Source of the DNA: Octopus vulgaris
Taxonomy: Eukaryota
Direction: 5' to 3'
DNA length: 64,000 nucleotides
Assembly (NCBI GenBank): GCA_951406725.2
Contig: OX597824.1
Coordinates: 68,634,001 to 68,698,000 of the forward strand
Position numbers and translations under genes: made by a program. Each line of letters starts with the position of its first letter. Positions within the stretch are counted from its first letter, which is position 1. Shown here piece by piece: positions 16,968 through 30,386 of this stretch. The notes below the pieces were generated by a model, which was not told the DNA's origin, ran no database searches, and saw nothing but the letters and a program-made list of their open reading frames with translations.

Positions 16968-17964
16968 GATGGTAGTGGTGGTGGTGGTGGTAGTAATAGT
17001 AGTAGTCGTTGTAGTAGTATGGCCTTCGGCCAGGTAAGTCACACTCGACTCCGGCTCTGTAATTTCTGTAATTACATCTCAGAAAACAGTTGCATTGAGT
17101 TTTGAAATTTTACTATCGTTAGTGGAGTTGTTTGCAGCTGACTAGTGAGTTCATTCTCGTGCGTTGTCCCCCATTTTGGGATGACATTTCGATTTAATTT
17201 TGCTTCTGTAATGAAATTTTTGTTTTTTTCCCCATGGAGGACACATCAGACAACATAGCGAAGCTTGCTTATGAGAGTGAGAGAGAGAGTGAGGAGCGTT
17301 ACCAGGGCGCAGTGAAAGAGGGCGTGAAGTAGGACGCGTTGTCGTCTGCTTTGAAATCAGACGACACCGTATTTTATAGCAAGCGAATTTTGAAAATAAA
17401 CAGAAAATGGAAAATTTCAATAAAAGAAGCACCAAAACGACTACCAACAACGTCAACAATTGCAACAACTGCAGCAGCAGCAACAACAACAATAATAATA
17501 ATAATAGCAACAGCAACAAAAACAACCACAACAACAGCAACAATACAATTGATGATGAACTGAAAATAAAGTTTTAACAAAGAAAACAACAAAGCCGCCG
17601 CCACCACCACCACCACCACCACCACCACCACCACCACCACCACCACCACCACCACCACCACCACCACCACCACCACCACCACCAGCACCACCACTACCAC
17701 CACCACCACCATCACCACTAACAACAACAACAGCAAAAAACTAAAACAACATTGATAACAGCTACAACAACAAATTTCAAGAAAATGACAAATTTTAGCA
17801 AAAACAATCAAGCTACAACGCAACTACCAACAACAATAACATCAACAACAACAGCAACAAAACCAACAACACCAGTTTCGCCAAATTTCCCAGACAAAAA
17901 TGGGTGGAACATTCTTTCGACTGAGATTTTGAGAAAATTTTTCAGGAAATGAGAGATGAAGCAT

Positions 17965-18125
17965 AAAATCCTTGTTCAACCAGCAGGCGAAAAAGATCAG
18001 ATCACAAAAAACCAATCGTGATCTCTCGTTGTCTTAATAAGAAGACTAGGCGGATCGAAAATCCGACTCCACCTGAAGCAGAAAAATGTCTGAAAGATTT
18101 TTGGGGTTCTATTTGGCATGTAAGA
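17965..18125 (+). pseudogene. Possible R4/Dong-like ORF fragment
   Basis: NPTPPEAEKCLKDFWGSIW resembles the PP...FW..IW motif preceding the RT of RLE elements. Confidence 0.35.
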
Positions 18126-18310
18126 AGAGGTAAGGGGTTTGGATCTCTGGCAGAAATATGTCAAAGCGAAACTGATATTGTAGATCTACAAACCAAACTG
18201 TAAAGTTATATTATCAAAAAATTAAATTGATTAGAACAGTCAGTGAAGTCGTTCTTTTCCTTTCCCAAACATGTATATAAGTATATATATATATACTACA
18301 TATTTTTAAA

Positions 18311-19318
18311 ATTTTATTTTATTTTATTTTATTTAGTTTCAGCTCACAAGCTGTGGCCATGCTGGGGCACCACCATTTGGTGTTGCTACATGATTTTACT
18401 TCACGAATGCTTTTTAGCAAATGCCATCTAGTGCATGAGAGAGTTCGATGCAGCTGCCCTCATCTGCACCTCCTGCCGTGAAGTTGGTTCATCTGGGACA
18501 CCTGACAAGAAGAGATCCAGTCCTACTTTAAAGACATCTGCATCCACCTCATGCAGGTCTCTTAGGTTCTTCGACAGGATGTTGAAGAGCTGTGGGCCTC
18601 GGAAGCCCAGGCTATCACAGTATCTTGTCCTACATCTTGATGGCAAATTTGGAGTCCTTGGCACTATGCAGTGGCGCCCAGTTCTGGCATTTGTGTAACT
18701 CTCGATGCCAAAGTTTGGGACAAGTCCTTCTAGGATCTTCCAGATGTATATTATGGCATATCTTTCTCGCCTACGCTCTAAGGAATAGAGTCTCAATCTC
18801 TTGAGTCTTTCCCAATAGCTTATATGCTGCACAGAGGCTATCTTCTTCGTGTAGCTTCGTTGGATCGCCTCAAGTTCTGTGATTAACTTGACACTGGATG
18901 GTGACCATAGCTGAGAGCAATAGCCAAAGCGGCTTAGGACAACTGTCCTCCAGAGGGCCATCATGGTTTTCTGGTCTCTTGTTCTAAAGGTTCTAAGAAT
19001 CCATCCGGTCAGCCGCCTACATTTCATTGCTAATTTAGCAACATGCACATGAAAGGTTGCATCATCACTCATGTAAATACCCAGGTCTCGCACTGATTGT
19101 GCCTCTGGGATTGCAATCCCTCCAGGTCCAGTGTATTTATTGGGTATTGCATTTAGTTTTGCATGCTGATAGTATAAAGCTTGAAACTTTTCAGCATTGA
19201 ACTGCATGCTATTCTTTTCAGCCCACTTGTATATTTTGTCCAGCTCACATTGCAGGTGCTTAGTGTCTTCAGGGTTCTGTATTGCCTGTAAAACTTTTGT
19301 ATCATCTGCATAACTTGT
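18311..19318 (-). mobile_element. 5'-truncated CR1-group LINE (RT C-terminal half, 3' UTR, TAAAA tail)
   Basis: ORF 18428-19336: YADDTK, FNAEK, VRDLG, YCSQLWSP, LEAIQR, SYWERLKRLRLYSLERRR; tail GGTGCCCCAGCATGGCCACAGCTTGTGAGCTGAAAC(TAAAA)n. Confidence 0.9.
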
Positions 19319-19362
19319 GCATATACACACACGCATATGTATGTGATATATGTATGTATGTA

Positions 19363-19413
<51 letters not shown>

Positions 19414-19470
19414 GTGTGTATATATATATATGTATATATCTACATATATATATGTATATCTATCTATCTA

Positions 19471-19542
<72 letters not shown>

Positions 19543-20177
19543 CGTGTGTGAGTGTGTATGTGCCTGCATGTGTATATTATATTATATCATTTATTGTTTA
19601 GCCTAATTAATTAACTAATGCTTGGTAATTAACTACTCGTATAAATAGTAATATTTTTACTTTACTTCCCAAGTGACACATTACATTTAAACTTTTACGA
19701 CATTTCTCTGAGTAGTAAGTAATATCTATATATTTTATTCGAAATCACAGTGTTAATATATAACTAACGTTAGAAATAAAACAATATATAATTATTTTAA
19801 TTAACAAATAATATTTATTTACTCTTTAAATATTGTAATTGACAACTACTTTCTTTTATCGAACCCAAAAGACAGATTGTGAAGTTAACCCCGGTAAGAT
19901 TTGAACTCAGAAGGTAATGTCTCATAAAGCATCTTGTGTGACCCTCTGCCGATTCTGTCAATCCATCGCCCTATAGTCCTTTCTAATTTTGACACAAGGA
20001 CAGGGCAATCATTCTGAGGTGAGGGTAAGTCGATTACATCGACCAATGTGCTCAGTGATAGTCGACCCTATTGAACGCTTTTGTTTGCCCTAAATTGATT
20101 TGACATATAGAAAAGTCAGCTTTCGTCTCATGATGTACCACATAAGGTGGAGATGTTCGAGGATAGACTTTAACAAA

Positions 20178-20570
20178 AACAATAAAACGTCTTTCACCGT
20201 GAAACACTTTCCCATCACAATGAAATGCTTGCTCACACATCTGTTTCGGTGAGTTTAGATAATTGTGGACATACAACATACTTTATGAGTGAAGATTTGT
20301 CAACTTTTATATATATATCGGTGAGTTTAGATAATTGTGGACATACAACATGAGTGAAGATTTGTCAACTTTTATATATATATATATATATATATAAAAG
20401 TTGACAAATCTTCACTCATAAAGTATGTTGTCCAAATTATCTAAACTCACCGATATATATATAAAAGTTGACAAATCTTCATATATCACCTAAACTCACC
20501 GAAACAGATGTGTGAGCAAGCATTTCATTGTGATGGGAAAGTGTTTCACGGTGAAAGACGTTTTATTGTT
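20178..20570. repeat. Imperfect palindrome centred on (TA)n, with internal duplications
   Basis: Outer ~80 bp are reverse complements; the inner unit is repeated twice per arm. Confidence 0.85.
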
Positions 20571-20689
20571 ATATATATATACATATATACATACATACAC
20601 ATACATATATATATCATATATATGTATATATATATATACACATATATATCATATATATGTATATGTATATATATTTAGATATATATATG

Positions 20690-20779
<90 letters not shown>

Positions 20780-20812
20780 ATATTTCAATACGAACTAAAT
20801 ATTTCACGAGAA

Positions 20813-21369
20813 GATTTAAATAAGAGTTTTAACTGTTATTTTCAGCAGGTAGACATACTTAGTATGTCCTTTGATTAATTTTAATCTTTCAACTATTTAA
20901 TACTCTTTTTTGGGCCTGCAATCTCCTATATTATTGATTCTCTTATTATCATTTTTTAAATTGTTACACTAGATAATAATAGAATTAATGATATCTTCGC
21001 AAATTAATTTTTCGTGAATTATTTTTTCTCGTGAATTATTTGCTCCGTATTGAAATTATTTTCACACTGGTGGCTGCCGTGATTTCAGAGCAAGACGAAT
21101 AATTTACAGCGCGAACTTCAACATGCCGATTTGGGAGTCGCTATCATGGTAACGCGTGCTGAGAAAGCCCAGGCTATTTTCGGCAGTGCAGAAACCGGTC
21201 CACGTAAGTCCAAATACTTGAGTGTACGTTGGGAGATTGTCTTAGCTCGTTTGCCTTCGGACGGTTGATTTCTGTAGTCATCATCAATATATTTTGGCGA
21301 TTTAAATAAGAGTTTTGACTGTTATTTCCAGCAGGTAGACATACTTACTATGTCCTTTGATTAATTTTA
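20813..21369. repeat. ~70-bp direct repeats (20813-20883, 21299-21369) around a unique core
   Basis: GATTTAAATAAGAGTTTT...GTCCTTTGATTAATTTTA occurs twice. Confidence 0.75.
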
Positions 21370-21462
21370 TGTATATATATATGTGTACGTGTGTGTGTGT
21401 ATGTATATATATATATATATATATATAAAAAGTTGAGTTGTGGGGTATCGCACGAGTGGGAT

Positions 21463-22469
21463 TATATAAGAAAAAAGGTTTGAAAATGCAATTTAAACGA
21501 TGTTTATTTACTTAACCGGTTTCACTCTTTGGTAAAAGATTGTCAAAAGTTACATTTAAGGAAACATTGAATAATATGGGTTCAAAAAAGTTTTTTACAT
21601 AATTGTCACATTGAATATTATGCATTCAAAAAGTTTTTTACATAATTGTCACATTGGATATTATGAATTCAAAAATGTTTTTTTATACATAATTGTCACA
21701 TTACATGTATAAATATAGTGTTTGGTAACAGAGAAGTTCAATAGTGTGATGAGAATATTTGGGAAAATTTGGCAGAAAAGGATAAAACAAATATATTATT
21801 GGGAATTGGTTGCGTTAATTATTGGTTGTCGCAAATTGTCACATTACATGTATATATATACAATCTTTGGTATATATATACAGCGTTTTGACAGCAAAAA
21901 TTAAAATGGATTTTTTGTACATCTCAGAATATTTTAAGTATGTTTTTACTGACCTGTCAGTATTAGCAGAAAGGCTGAACTGAGAGAACAGTAAAAACAT
22001 ACTTAAAATATTCTGAGATGTACAAAAAATCCATTTTAATTTTTGCTGTCAAAACGCTGTATATATATACCAAAGATTGTATATATATACATGTAATGTG
22101 ACAATTTGCGACAACCAATAATTAACGCAACCAATTCCCAATAATATATTTGTTTTATCCTTTTCTGCCAAATTTTCCCAAATATTCTCATCACACTATT
22201 GAACTTCTCTGTTACCAAACACTATATTTATACATGTAATGTGACAATTATGTATAAAAAAACATTTTTGAATTCATAATATCCAATGTGACAATTATGT
22301 AAAAAACTTTTTTGAATGCATAATATTCAATGTGACAATTATGTAAAAAACTTTTTTGAACCCATATTATTCAATGTTTCCTTAAATGTAACTTTTGACA
22401 ATCTTTTACCAAAGAGTGAAACCGGTTAAGTAAATAAACATCGTTTAAATTGCATTTTCAAACCTTTTT

Positions 22470-22477
<8 letters not shown>
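21463..22477. repeat. Near-perfect ~1-kb palindrome (arms ~490 bp, 37-nt spacer 21952-21988)
   Basis: Identical ORF on both strands (21722-21904 + and 22036-22218 -); only single-base homopolymer differences noticed. Confidence 0.95.
22391..22431 (+). ncRNA. Type I hammerhead-like motif (U3-A8 variant); mirror copy at 21510-21550 (-)
   Basis: ACTT-TTGACAA-TCTTT tacc AAAGA-gt-GAAA-CCGG-TT-AAGT: 4-bp stem I, 5-bp stem II, palindromic loop III, GUU site. Confidence 0.6.
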
Positions 22478-22524
<47 letters not shown>

Positions 22525-23983
22525 ATGTGTCAGCGTACTGGTTAACACATGTTATGCTAGAAGATTGCTACACAATGCTATCAAACGTATGGTGACCTTA
22601 ACCGCAGACACATGCGGGTATAAATTTAATGTTTAACTAGTGATGTCGTGAAAAATGTAGGTGGGTGCCTGACTCTCATGAACTAAAAAAAAAAATATGC
22701 TACGCTAACAACGGAGTGACAATGCTGTTGTTCTGCATGTAAGAAATAGCTACTAAATTCCCCGTGATTGTAAGATTGTAGTTTCGATTCCTGGACCAGG
22801 CGTCACGTTGTGTTCTTGTTAAAAACACTTCATTTCACGTTGCTTGAGTCCACTCAACTGAGAAAAATGAGTAATCTTGCAATGGCTCGGTGTCTCGTCC
22901 AGGTGGGGAATATATAAGCCACGGAAACCGGAAAATCGGCCCTACGAGTCTGCATGACTCGGGAAGGAACTTTACTTAAACCATCACCTCAAACTCCACT
23001 CTTATCAAAAAAAAAAAACCAAAAAAACTTCGCCATATCAAAAAAAAAAAAAACCAACAAAAAATAAAACCCCAAAAAACTGTAGGACACAACACAGTTC
23101 TTGAAACGGTAAATTTGGGTGAAGATGGAACAGTCTTGGAGCCTGGTTGATAATTGGCATTCACTCGATTAAGGGCTGCTTTGAGGCTGCATAACAAATA
23201 CTTGACGAGTGATGTTTTGATAAATCTAGTCGGGTGCCTCATTTATTCGTAGACACCGGTGAACTTGCTTCTGTAAGCTAAATACTGATCTGGTAATGCT
23301 ATGATAGATCTGAGCCGCTATTTTCAACAAAGCTCAGGAAGTAATTTTCATTAAAAGATATTTACCGTTTCCGGTTTTATAATAAAGTAGGGAATTTAAA
23401 AGATTAAATGATGCTTGCAAAGAGTTTTATTGAGGCGACATAGCAAGAATCTATCGAAATGATACGTGGTTAAAGTTATATAACGTCAAATTTCCTGGCT
23501 ATTACCAAATATTTTCTTCTGACTGGTGAACCGTCAACGGAGCCTCTACATGGTCGATCGACTTGCTAGACATAGCAACTAAATTTTCTTGAATCGCACG
23601 ATGCTGTCTTGGATAAAGAAAGGACACGTTAGAAATTAGAACGTGTAGTCTTTCTAACGTACCTGTAAAAAAAAAAACGGGATGATCGCGGTTGGATCGT
23701 CTTTTATGATCGAGTTGCCTCGATCCGTGCTGCCTATGGTTTGTCATCAATATCCCTACCACTAACAACTACTACTACTACTACTACTACTACTAGAAGA
23801 GCTACTGCTGTTGCTGCTGCTACTGCTACTAAATGAAAACAGCAGTTGCAAGGAACAGATAACAAAACTCCAACCATGTCGTTAGGCTAGCTAGAAATAG
23901 AAGTTAAATCTTTCTCAAATCGTTTACACTTTTAAATTGAAGAAAAAAGCATTGTATACACACACACACTCACACACAAACGC

Positions 23984-24044
<61 letters not shown>

Positions 24045-24914
24045 TGTATCTCATGTATGTATGTAACCGTAAATATACCATTTCTGAAAATAAATGGGTT
24101 GTTCACAGTTGGACAACTTTTGAACATGGATCTGTTTGTTGGATTAAACAACAAGAGGTCATAATAAGATCGAAATATGTGCGACCTATCGGAATAAAAA
24201 TACAAGGATCAATATAATCATCTTGCTCCTTCCCCCCAGAATTCTTGGTCTTATGCCAAAATTAGAAATTAAACGGTGCAGCATCATTTTTCTCCTGGGT
24301 AGTAACTGTTATTTCCTATTTGCTTAACCATAGAAAGCATGAAAAATGACTTATAATTCCTTCAAACTTTGCTTTTGTTATATTTATTAAAACCCCGAAG
24401 AATATCTCTCAAGACATGGCTATGATTCTCCCCCACTACTTCTCATGATCAGATATGCACATATTGTCAACCACCAAGGGACGTGCTCAAGTGGTTAAGG
24501 TCGAGCAACTGACAAACAAATCTGTGATATTGAGCAGAATATTTGCTACAACGATATCTCTGCTTCAGCAACTCAGCGCTGAATTTGTCTGAAATGTAAT
24601 GGAAAATAAGGTCAATTTCGAAACATTGATGTCCAGATGACAAAAGCAAGCTTTGAAGGGAATAGTAGTCATTTCCTTTGATTTCTAGATAGGGGCAAAT
24701 AGGAAAGTAACACTTACTGACCAAAGATTTAAAAAAAAAAAAAATAAATAAATAAAAATTTTGTTTCACAGTGTTATTATTGCCGACTGAATTGTAATCA
24801 TGCCAGACAAGATGCTCCGCAGCTATTTTTTTTTCGGTCTTATTTTCTGAGCTCAAATTCTCTTTACTATTTTACTCTTTTACTTGTTTCTTATTTACTT
24901 GTTTTACTTGTTTA

Positions 24915-24984
24915 CTATAGCCTCGGGCCAACCAAAGCCTTGTGAGTGGATTTGGTAAACGTAAACTGAAAGAAGCCCGTCGTA

Positions 24985-25069
<85 letters not shown>

Positions 25070-25195
25070 ATATGTTTGTGTGTTGTGTTTGTCCCTCCAA
25101 CATCGCCTGACAACCGATGCTGGCGTGTTTACGTCCCCGTACCCTAGCGGTTCGGCAAAAGAGACCTATAGAATAAGTACTAGGCTTTCAAAGAA
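24915..25195 (+). mobile_element. SINE B, partial
   Basis: Family body with internal TA/TG microsatellite. Confidence 0.75.
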
Positions 25196-25419
25196 TAGAA
25201 AGAAAGATAGAAAGAAAAAGAGAAACATGTAAAAAGAACCAGAGAGAAAGAGAAAATTAGATAGAAATAAAGAAATATATATATCAATGAAGGTGTGCAA
25301 GAGTGACATCAAATAGAAAGCAAGGGCGTGACCCGTAGCCAGACAGTAAAGAAAAGAAAGAAAAGATGGGAAAGATAAAAAAGATGGTGGCCAACAGTGC
25401 AATCATCTTATGGCAGTCT

Positions 25420-26250
25420 CGTCCACTAATAAAATACTTCGTTTCATACAAGCAGGAAGGGAATATCTCAGATTTTGCATTGAAGTATTTTCCACTTGTG
25501 AGTTATTTAATATCGGCCTCTTTAGTTCACATCTTTTGCTACTATTGGAGCGATGTTTGCCTTTTACCAATAATCTCCATTTAATATCGTATTTAAGGGC
25601 TTTGTCTTTCTAAAGCCATACATGCTTCCGCAGCACAGCAGCATTTCTCGTCTCCTCGCCCTTGAATGAGGTGTGATTGTACAAGCGATCTTTGCACCAG
25701 CTCTCTGTCATTCCCATGTAGTATTTCAGACGTTGCATAATTCGGCTCCCTTGAGCTAATTAATGTCACATATACACTGGCCTCCGTATTCTTGTGACAG
25801 TTAGGCAATGTTATCTCTACAATAGCAACATATAGACTTGTGCAAAAGTATCCGTGCAACATAAGTGTCTCTCTGAGGAACAGCCTTGTTTATTTATGTC
25901 TGTAGTGGTCAAATACTAAAGAAAGCTTTATCTACGCTGGACTTCACATCTAAAGAGAAAGGTTGTGTGAACCAATTGGTTTTATGATTGTTTTCATTTT
26001 GCAAGGGCTGGTCTGTGTCTGTAAAACAATATTCTCAACGAAGCCGCTTGCCACTCGAGTGTTGTTATAATACGAGGTTACTCTATCAAAAGTCTCTTTA
26101 CTAGGAGACTGACCTGAGATCCTCTTATGCTTTTTAATTAGGTTCGTGGACAATGAGACGAGAGAGCAAAACCCACTATTAATGGAGGTGACTATCTCAT
26201 TGTGCATACTGAAGGATTGAGTTACCGTCCTTGCACAAAAGTATTTTATC
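25420..26250 (-). pseudogene. Decayed Penelope-like element ORF (RT thumb/linker and GIY-YIG endonuclease)
   Basis: Manual translation across frames: RISGQSPSKETF...YYNNTRVASGF, WFTQPFSLDVKS, YVAIV, YYMGMTESWCKDRLYNHTSF...LRKHVWL*KDK...YDIKWRLL...NSSKRCEL. Confidence 0.7.
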
Positions 26251-26441
26251 TAAGACTTGAAAAATATATATTTTCTTTTTCAGTAAGTCTATTGGAACTA
26301 TCCACGATTTTCTAATCATTTCAAAAACGGATGTTATCCTAGATCTAAAAGTATGTATCCGATGACCCCAAGCCTGTTTCTTTGCATGAAAATGGCAATA
26401 ACTTAGTTCATATGATAGTATTACACACACACACAAACACA

Positions 26442-26513
<72 letters not shown>

Positions 26514-26809
26514 CATGCATACGTACATACACACACGCACACATGTATGCTTCATTATTTAACAAGATAATGCTTGACACTAACACAAGTGTTTCAATAT
26601 ATCGTGTCTTTGAAGAGTTACAGAAATGTATTAAAACAACAGTATTATTATTAGATATTACTTTGTTAATAAATTAAATATTGTCATATTTATGATGCAT
26701 TGAGTATTATATTTAGTTACAGTCTGCTCGAATCTATATCGAAATTCATAACGAATCTCTAAGTATCTCGCTTTGTGTAAACACACACACAACACAACAC
26801 ACATATGTG

Positions 26810-27450
26810 TTTCTTTATTGACCACAGGGGACTAAACATAGAGAGGACAAACAAGGACACATTAAGGGTTTAAGTCGATTACATCGACTCCAGTGCATTA
26901 CTGGTACTTAATTAATCGACCCCGAAAGGACAAAAGGCAAAGTCGACCTCTGCGGAATTTGAACTCAGAAATACCGCTAAGCATTTCGCCCGGCGTGCTA
27001 ACGATTCTGTCAGCTCGCCGCCTCTTAAAATATCTATTTCTTTACTACCCACAAGGGGCTAAACACAGAGAGGACAAACAAGGACAGACAAACGGATTAA
27101 GTCGATTACATCGACCCCAGTGCGTAACTGGTACTTATTTAATCGAACCCGAAAGGATGAAGAGCAAAGTCGACCTCGGCTGAATTTGAACTCAGAACCT
27201 AGCGGCAGACGAAATACCTATTCCTTTACTACCCACAAGGGGCTAAACACAGAGGAGACAAACAAGGGCAGACAGACGGATTAAGTCGATTATATCGAGG
27301 CCAGTGCATTACTGGTACTTATTTAATCGACCCCGAAAGGATGAAAGGCAAAGTCGACCTCAGCGGAATTTGAACTCAGAACGTAACGGCAGACGAAATA
27401 CGGCCACGCATTTTGCCCGGCGTGCTAACGTTTCTGCCAGCTCGCCGCCT
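26810..27450 (-). mobile_element. Tandem array of three SINE A copies
   Basis: Three tails and cores in the same orientation. Confidence 0.85.
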
Positions 27451-27960
27451 TACACACGTAAACGATAAACGTCGCCCTTTTCAAGCTTAGCCAGGCTCAT
27501 AGGCCCGGTTTCCCGGTTTCTGGTTTCTGTGGCGTATGTGTTCCCCCCCCAGCTGGACGGGACGCCAGTCCATCGCAGGCCTTACACACGTACACACACA
27601 TATTACGTCCTCGTAGGGTATGCAGGAAGGGAATTTTCAGAGAAGCACTCAACCCTAGTTCTGGGCTATCAACATTGTCGAATTCCAGACTAATACGAAA
27701 TTCATCAACTGTAGAATATCTTGGTTTCACGACGGTAAAACCCGTTTTGTGGGTATAGCAAAGAGTAAACTATAATCTAAATAATAAATAAAAGAAATCC
27801 TTTAAATTTTCATTTCGAATGCGGCGTAAATTGGCGTTGCAAGCAGAGAGTTGGGACAAAAAAAAATTGTAACGAATCATTAAAGATGTGACTTATTATT
27901 TGGAGTATGATATATATAGATCACAATTTATTCACCGCACCCTGTATATACGCGTTTCCG

Positions 27961-28020
27961 TTTCCATGCCGGGAATCGAACCCAGGCCGCCTGGGTGAAA
28001 GGCAGGAATCCTAACCACTA
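27961..28020 (-). pseudogene. tRNA-Glu(TTC) pseudogene lacking the first ~12 nt
   Basis: TAGTGGTTAGGATTCCTGCCTTTCACCCAGGCGGCCTGGGTTCGATTCCCGGCATGGAAA; 5' acceptor strand replaced by (TA)n; mismatch in the anticodon stem. Confidence 0.8.
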
Positions 28021-28034
28021 TATATATATATATA

Positions 28035-28090
<56 letters not shown>

Positions 28091-28304
28091 CCCCCTCTCT
28101 CTATATATATATATATATGTATATATATACGCGTATATATAGTACACAGTCACACGTATTAATCACATTTATCGATGCGTTTCATTGCGGATCATTCCAA
28201 TGACTCTCTAGATAATCCAGTTGGGAACAAGAGTCGTGATGTTATATTGCAGTGTTCTCTCTCACAGTCGCCATAAGACAGAGCGAGTGAGAGAGCAAGA
28301 GACG

Positions 28305-28348
<44 letters not shown>

Positions 28349-28502
28349 GAGAAAAAAGGGAGGGCTGGAAGTAAAGTGATAAAGAAGGACGAAAAAGAGA
28401 AAAGGAAAGAGAGTCTAAGTGAGCTTTGTGTGAACTGTTTCCATCTCAGTGAAATGAAAACTATTTGGCTTTCATTTCCTTTTCTGCCACGAATTTATGT
28501 TG

Positions 28503-28541
<39 letters not shown>

Positions 28542-30121
28542 TATATTGTCTTTTATTTGTTTCAGTCATTTGACTGCGGTCATGCTGGGGCACCACCTTC
28601 AAAGGGTTTTAGTGGAAAAAATCGACCCCAAGACTTATTTTATTTTAAACCTAGAACTATCGGTCTCTTTGCCGAATAGTTAATTCATGGGGACATAAAC
28701 ATACCAACACCTGTTGTCAAGTGGTGCTGGGGGAAAAACACTGACTCAAATATCACTGAGGTCGACTTTGTCTTTCATACTTACGGGGTCGACAAAATAA
28801 AGAACCAGTTGAGCCCTGGGCTTGATGTAATCGATTATGTCTCTTTTCTTGTACAATTTTCAGGACTTGTGCAAGTAGTAAAGAGGATTATTTAGTTATA
28901 AATCAACAATGAACTGGTAAATCTGCGATTATTCGAGCTCTGACAATCCTGTCTATCCTCTTGGTGCAAGGACCCTTTATTCAACGTGCTCCTTTATAAA
29001 TCCATAAGAAGTGATCTGAGGGAGAATTGATTGCTATTTCTGAGAGTTATAAGTGATAACGTAGAAGTTTCCTCGCTATTGGAGGCTCGTAGCTTAGTGA
29101 CTGGTGTGTTGGACTCATGATCGAAAGGTTGTGCTTTCGACTGGGTAATGCGAGGTGTTTTTGAGCAAAACCCTCCATTTCACGTTTTTCAAACCCGTTC
29201 AGCTAACAAAAGTGAGTAATCTTATCACCGACCGGCATCACGGGGGTGGTGGATATAAGTCACAGAAACGAGGAAACCTGTTTTATGAGACCACATGATT
29301 TGGGAAGGAGCTTCTTCGCTAGGCTGATGCTGCTAAGTCTCAGGTGAGCTATGATTGAGCAGACGTATGACTGGAGATATTCCAGCCGTGACCATCTTGC
29401 CTTTTTTCTTATATACAGGGAACAGAAAACCACATTAGCTATGGTGTCCTCTTCTAAGACAATAGGATGTGATTTGAGGGAGAAATAGCAACCATGTTTA
29501 AATGACCACGTAAAAGCTTCCTCATTGACCTATTTTTGTTTCAACTTAGCCATAGGTCAGAGACATCCCGGACATGACCGTCTCCTTTTTTTCCTTAAAT
29601 ATAGAGCACAGAACCATTTTGTCCATAGTGTCATTTTCTTATGATCGTAGGAGACATCGGCATAGCTGTGTGTTAAGAAGCCTGCTTCGCAGCTACCTGG
29701 TATCGGGTTCAGTCCTACTATGCGGCACCTTAGTAAATGTCTTCGACTATAGCACCTATTCGACCAATGCCTTGTGAGTAAGTTTGACAGACGAAAACTG
29801 TGAGAGGGCATACCCAAAAGAAACCAGAATTTTGCAATATTATGTTATTCATTTAGTTTTAAATGTTTACTCTTTTATCGCCTTCAAAGTATTCTCCATT
29901 TGAAGCAATGCATCGGTCCAGACGCGTTTTCCACTGTTGGAAGCAGTAGTAGAACTCTTACGAAGTGATGTCATTTAACGCCTTCGTCGTATTTTTTTTT
30001 CTTCACCTCTGCCACATCAGCAAATTCCATAGCACCAGCTTTCATCACCAGCAGCGATCAACTTCCAACTGTTCTTCCTGTTCGCGACACGCATTCAATC
30101 GTGGCTGCTTTTGATCTTCCT

Positions 30122-30339
30122 CTCTTTTACTCTTATACTCTTTTACTTGTTTCAGTCATTTGACTGCGGTCATGCTGGAGCACCCCCTTTTAGTCGAGCA
30201 AAAACGACCCCAGGACTTATTCTTTGTAAGCCTAGTACTTATTCTATCGGTCTTTTTTGCCGAACCGCTAAGCTACGGGGACGTAAACACACCAGCATCG
30301 GTTGTCAAGCGATGTTGGGGGGACAAACACAGACACTTA

Positions 30340-30386
<47 letters not shown>

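Noticed and set aside
21580-21705. ~42-bp repeats as a CRISPR array
   Set aside because: Tandem units without unique spacers, no cas genes, eukaryotic context
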